A DNA stretch of 64,000 bases from Lama guanicoe. Taxonomy: Eukaryota. Positions 63,606-64,000 of the stretch are shown here, one piece after another. The DNA is taken from assembly GCA_013239625.1 (NCBI GenBank), contig MU053561.1, positions 2,496,283 to 2,560,282 of the forward strand, given 5' to 3'. Numbering within the stretch: the stretch's first letter is position 1; each line of letters starts with the position of its first letter. The notes beneath the pieces were generated by a model. The model had not been told where the DNA came from. It was given only the letters and a program-made list of their open reading frames with translations, and made no database searches. Made by a program: the position numbers and the translations under genes.

Positions 63606-64000
63606 ACTAATACAGACTTACATCCCAGTGCAAGACAGTTCCTGCTCACACAAACACTACCTACACTCCAGCTATGCAGAAATGGCTACACTGTGCCATT
63701 CCCAAACTAAGCCACGCACTCTCCATCCTACCAGACTTTGCATGTGTACCACCCTCCATCCAAAGGATGTCCTCCTATCCCTGTTTGCCCACCATCTACC
63801 CCCATCACCGCTCTCAAAGTCCAAAAGGGCCCTCAACAGCCAGTTCAAGACATACTTCCTTTGCACGGTTTTCCCACGTTCCTTGCCCTGTTCATCCATC
63901 GTACTGCTTCTGTATTTTTGTTGTATTTGGTTGTATTACACTAGTGTCTGCCTGTGTGCCCAGCTATATATTCACCAACTAGAAGGCAATCACTATATTT

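Overview
Mammalian genomic DNA, most likely a camelid (alpaca/llama/camel), inferred from six copies of a tRNA-derived Vic-1-type SINE and artiodactyl-type L1/Tigger elements. Two convergent protein-coding genes are present. TRIM45 is complete on + (6 coding exons, 16680-24526, 580 aa, RING/B-box/coiled-coil/filamin) with a CpG-island promoter. TTF2 is on - (SNF2-family ATPase; 20 coding exons, 62620-34428, which I number 4-23 from recalled human structure; the first exons lie beyond the right edge). All introns are GT-AG and the frames join without stops. The rest is repeats (L1, L2, MaLR/ERVL LTRs, hAT and Tigger MITEs, SINEs), a 3'-truncated U4 snRNA retrocopy and a TIMM17B processed pseudogene. 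I found no evidence of a wholly new biological system. The most unusual signals: (1) the TIMM17B retrocopy appears copied from an exon-skipped mRNA and sits in sense just downstream of an LTR TATA box in a three-level nested insertion; (2) a candidate TRIM45 5'-UTR intron holds all three proximal upstream AUGs; (3) a degenerate minisatellite in the TTF2 3' UTR forms a Musashi/Pumilio motif array; (4) a twin-primed inverted L1; (5) a convergent CTCF motif pair. Repeat family names and human comparisons come from recall, not database searches.
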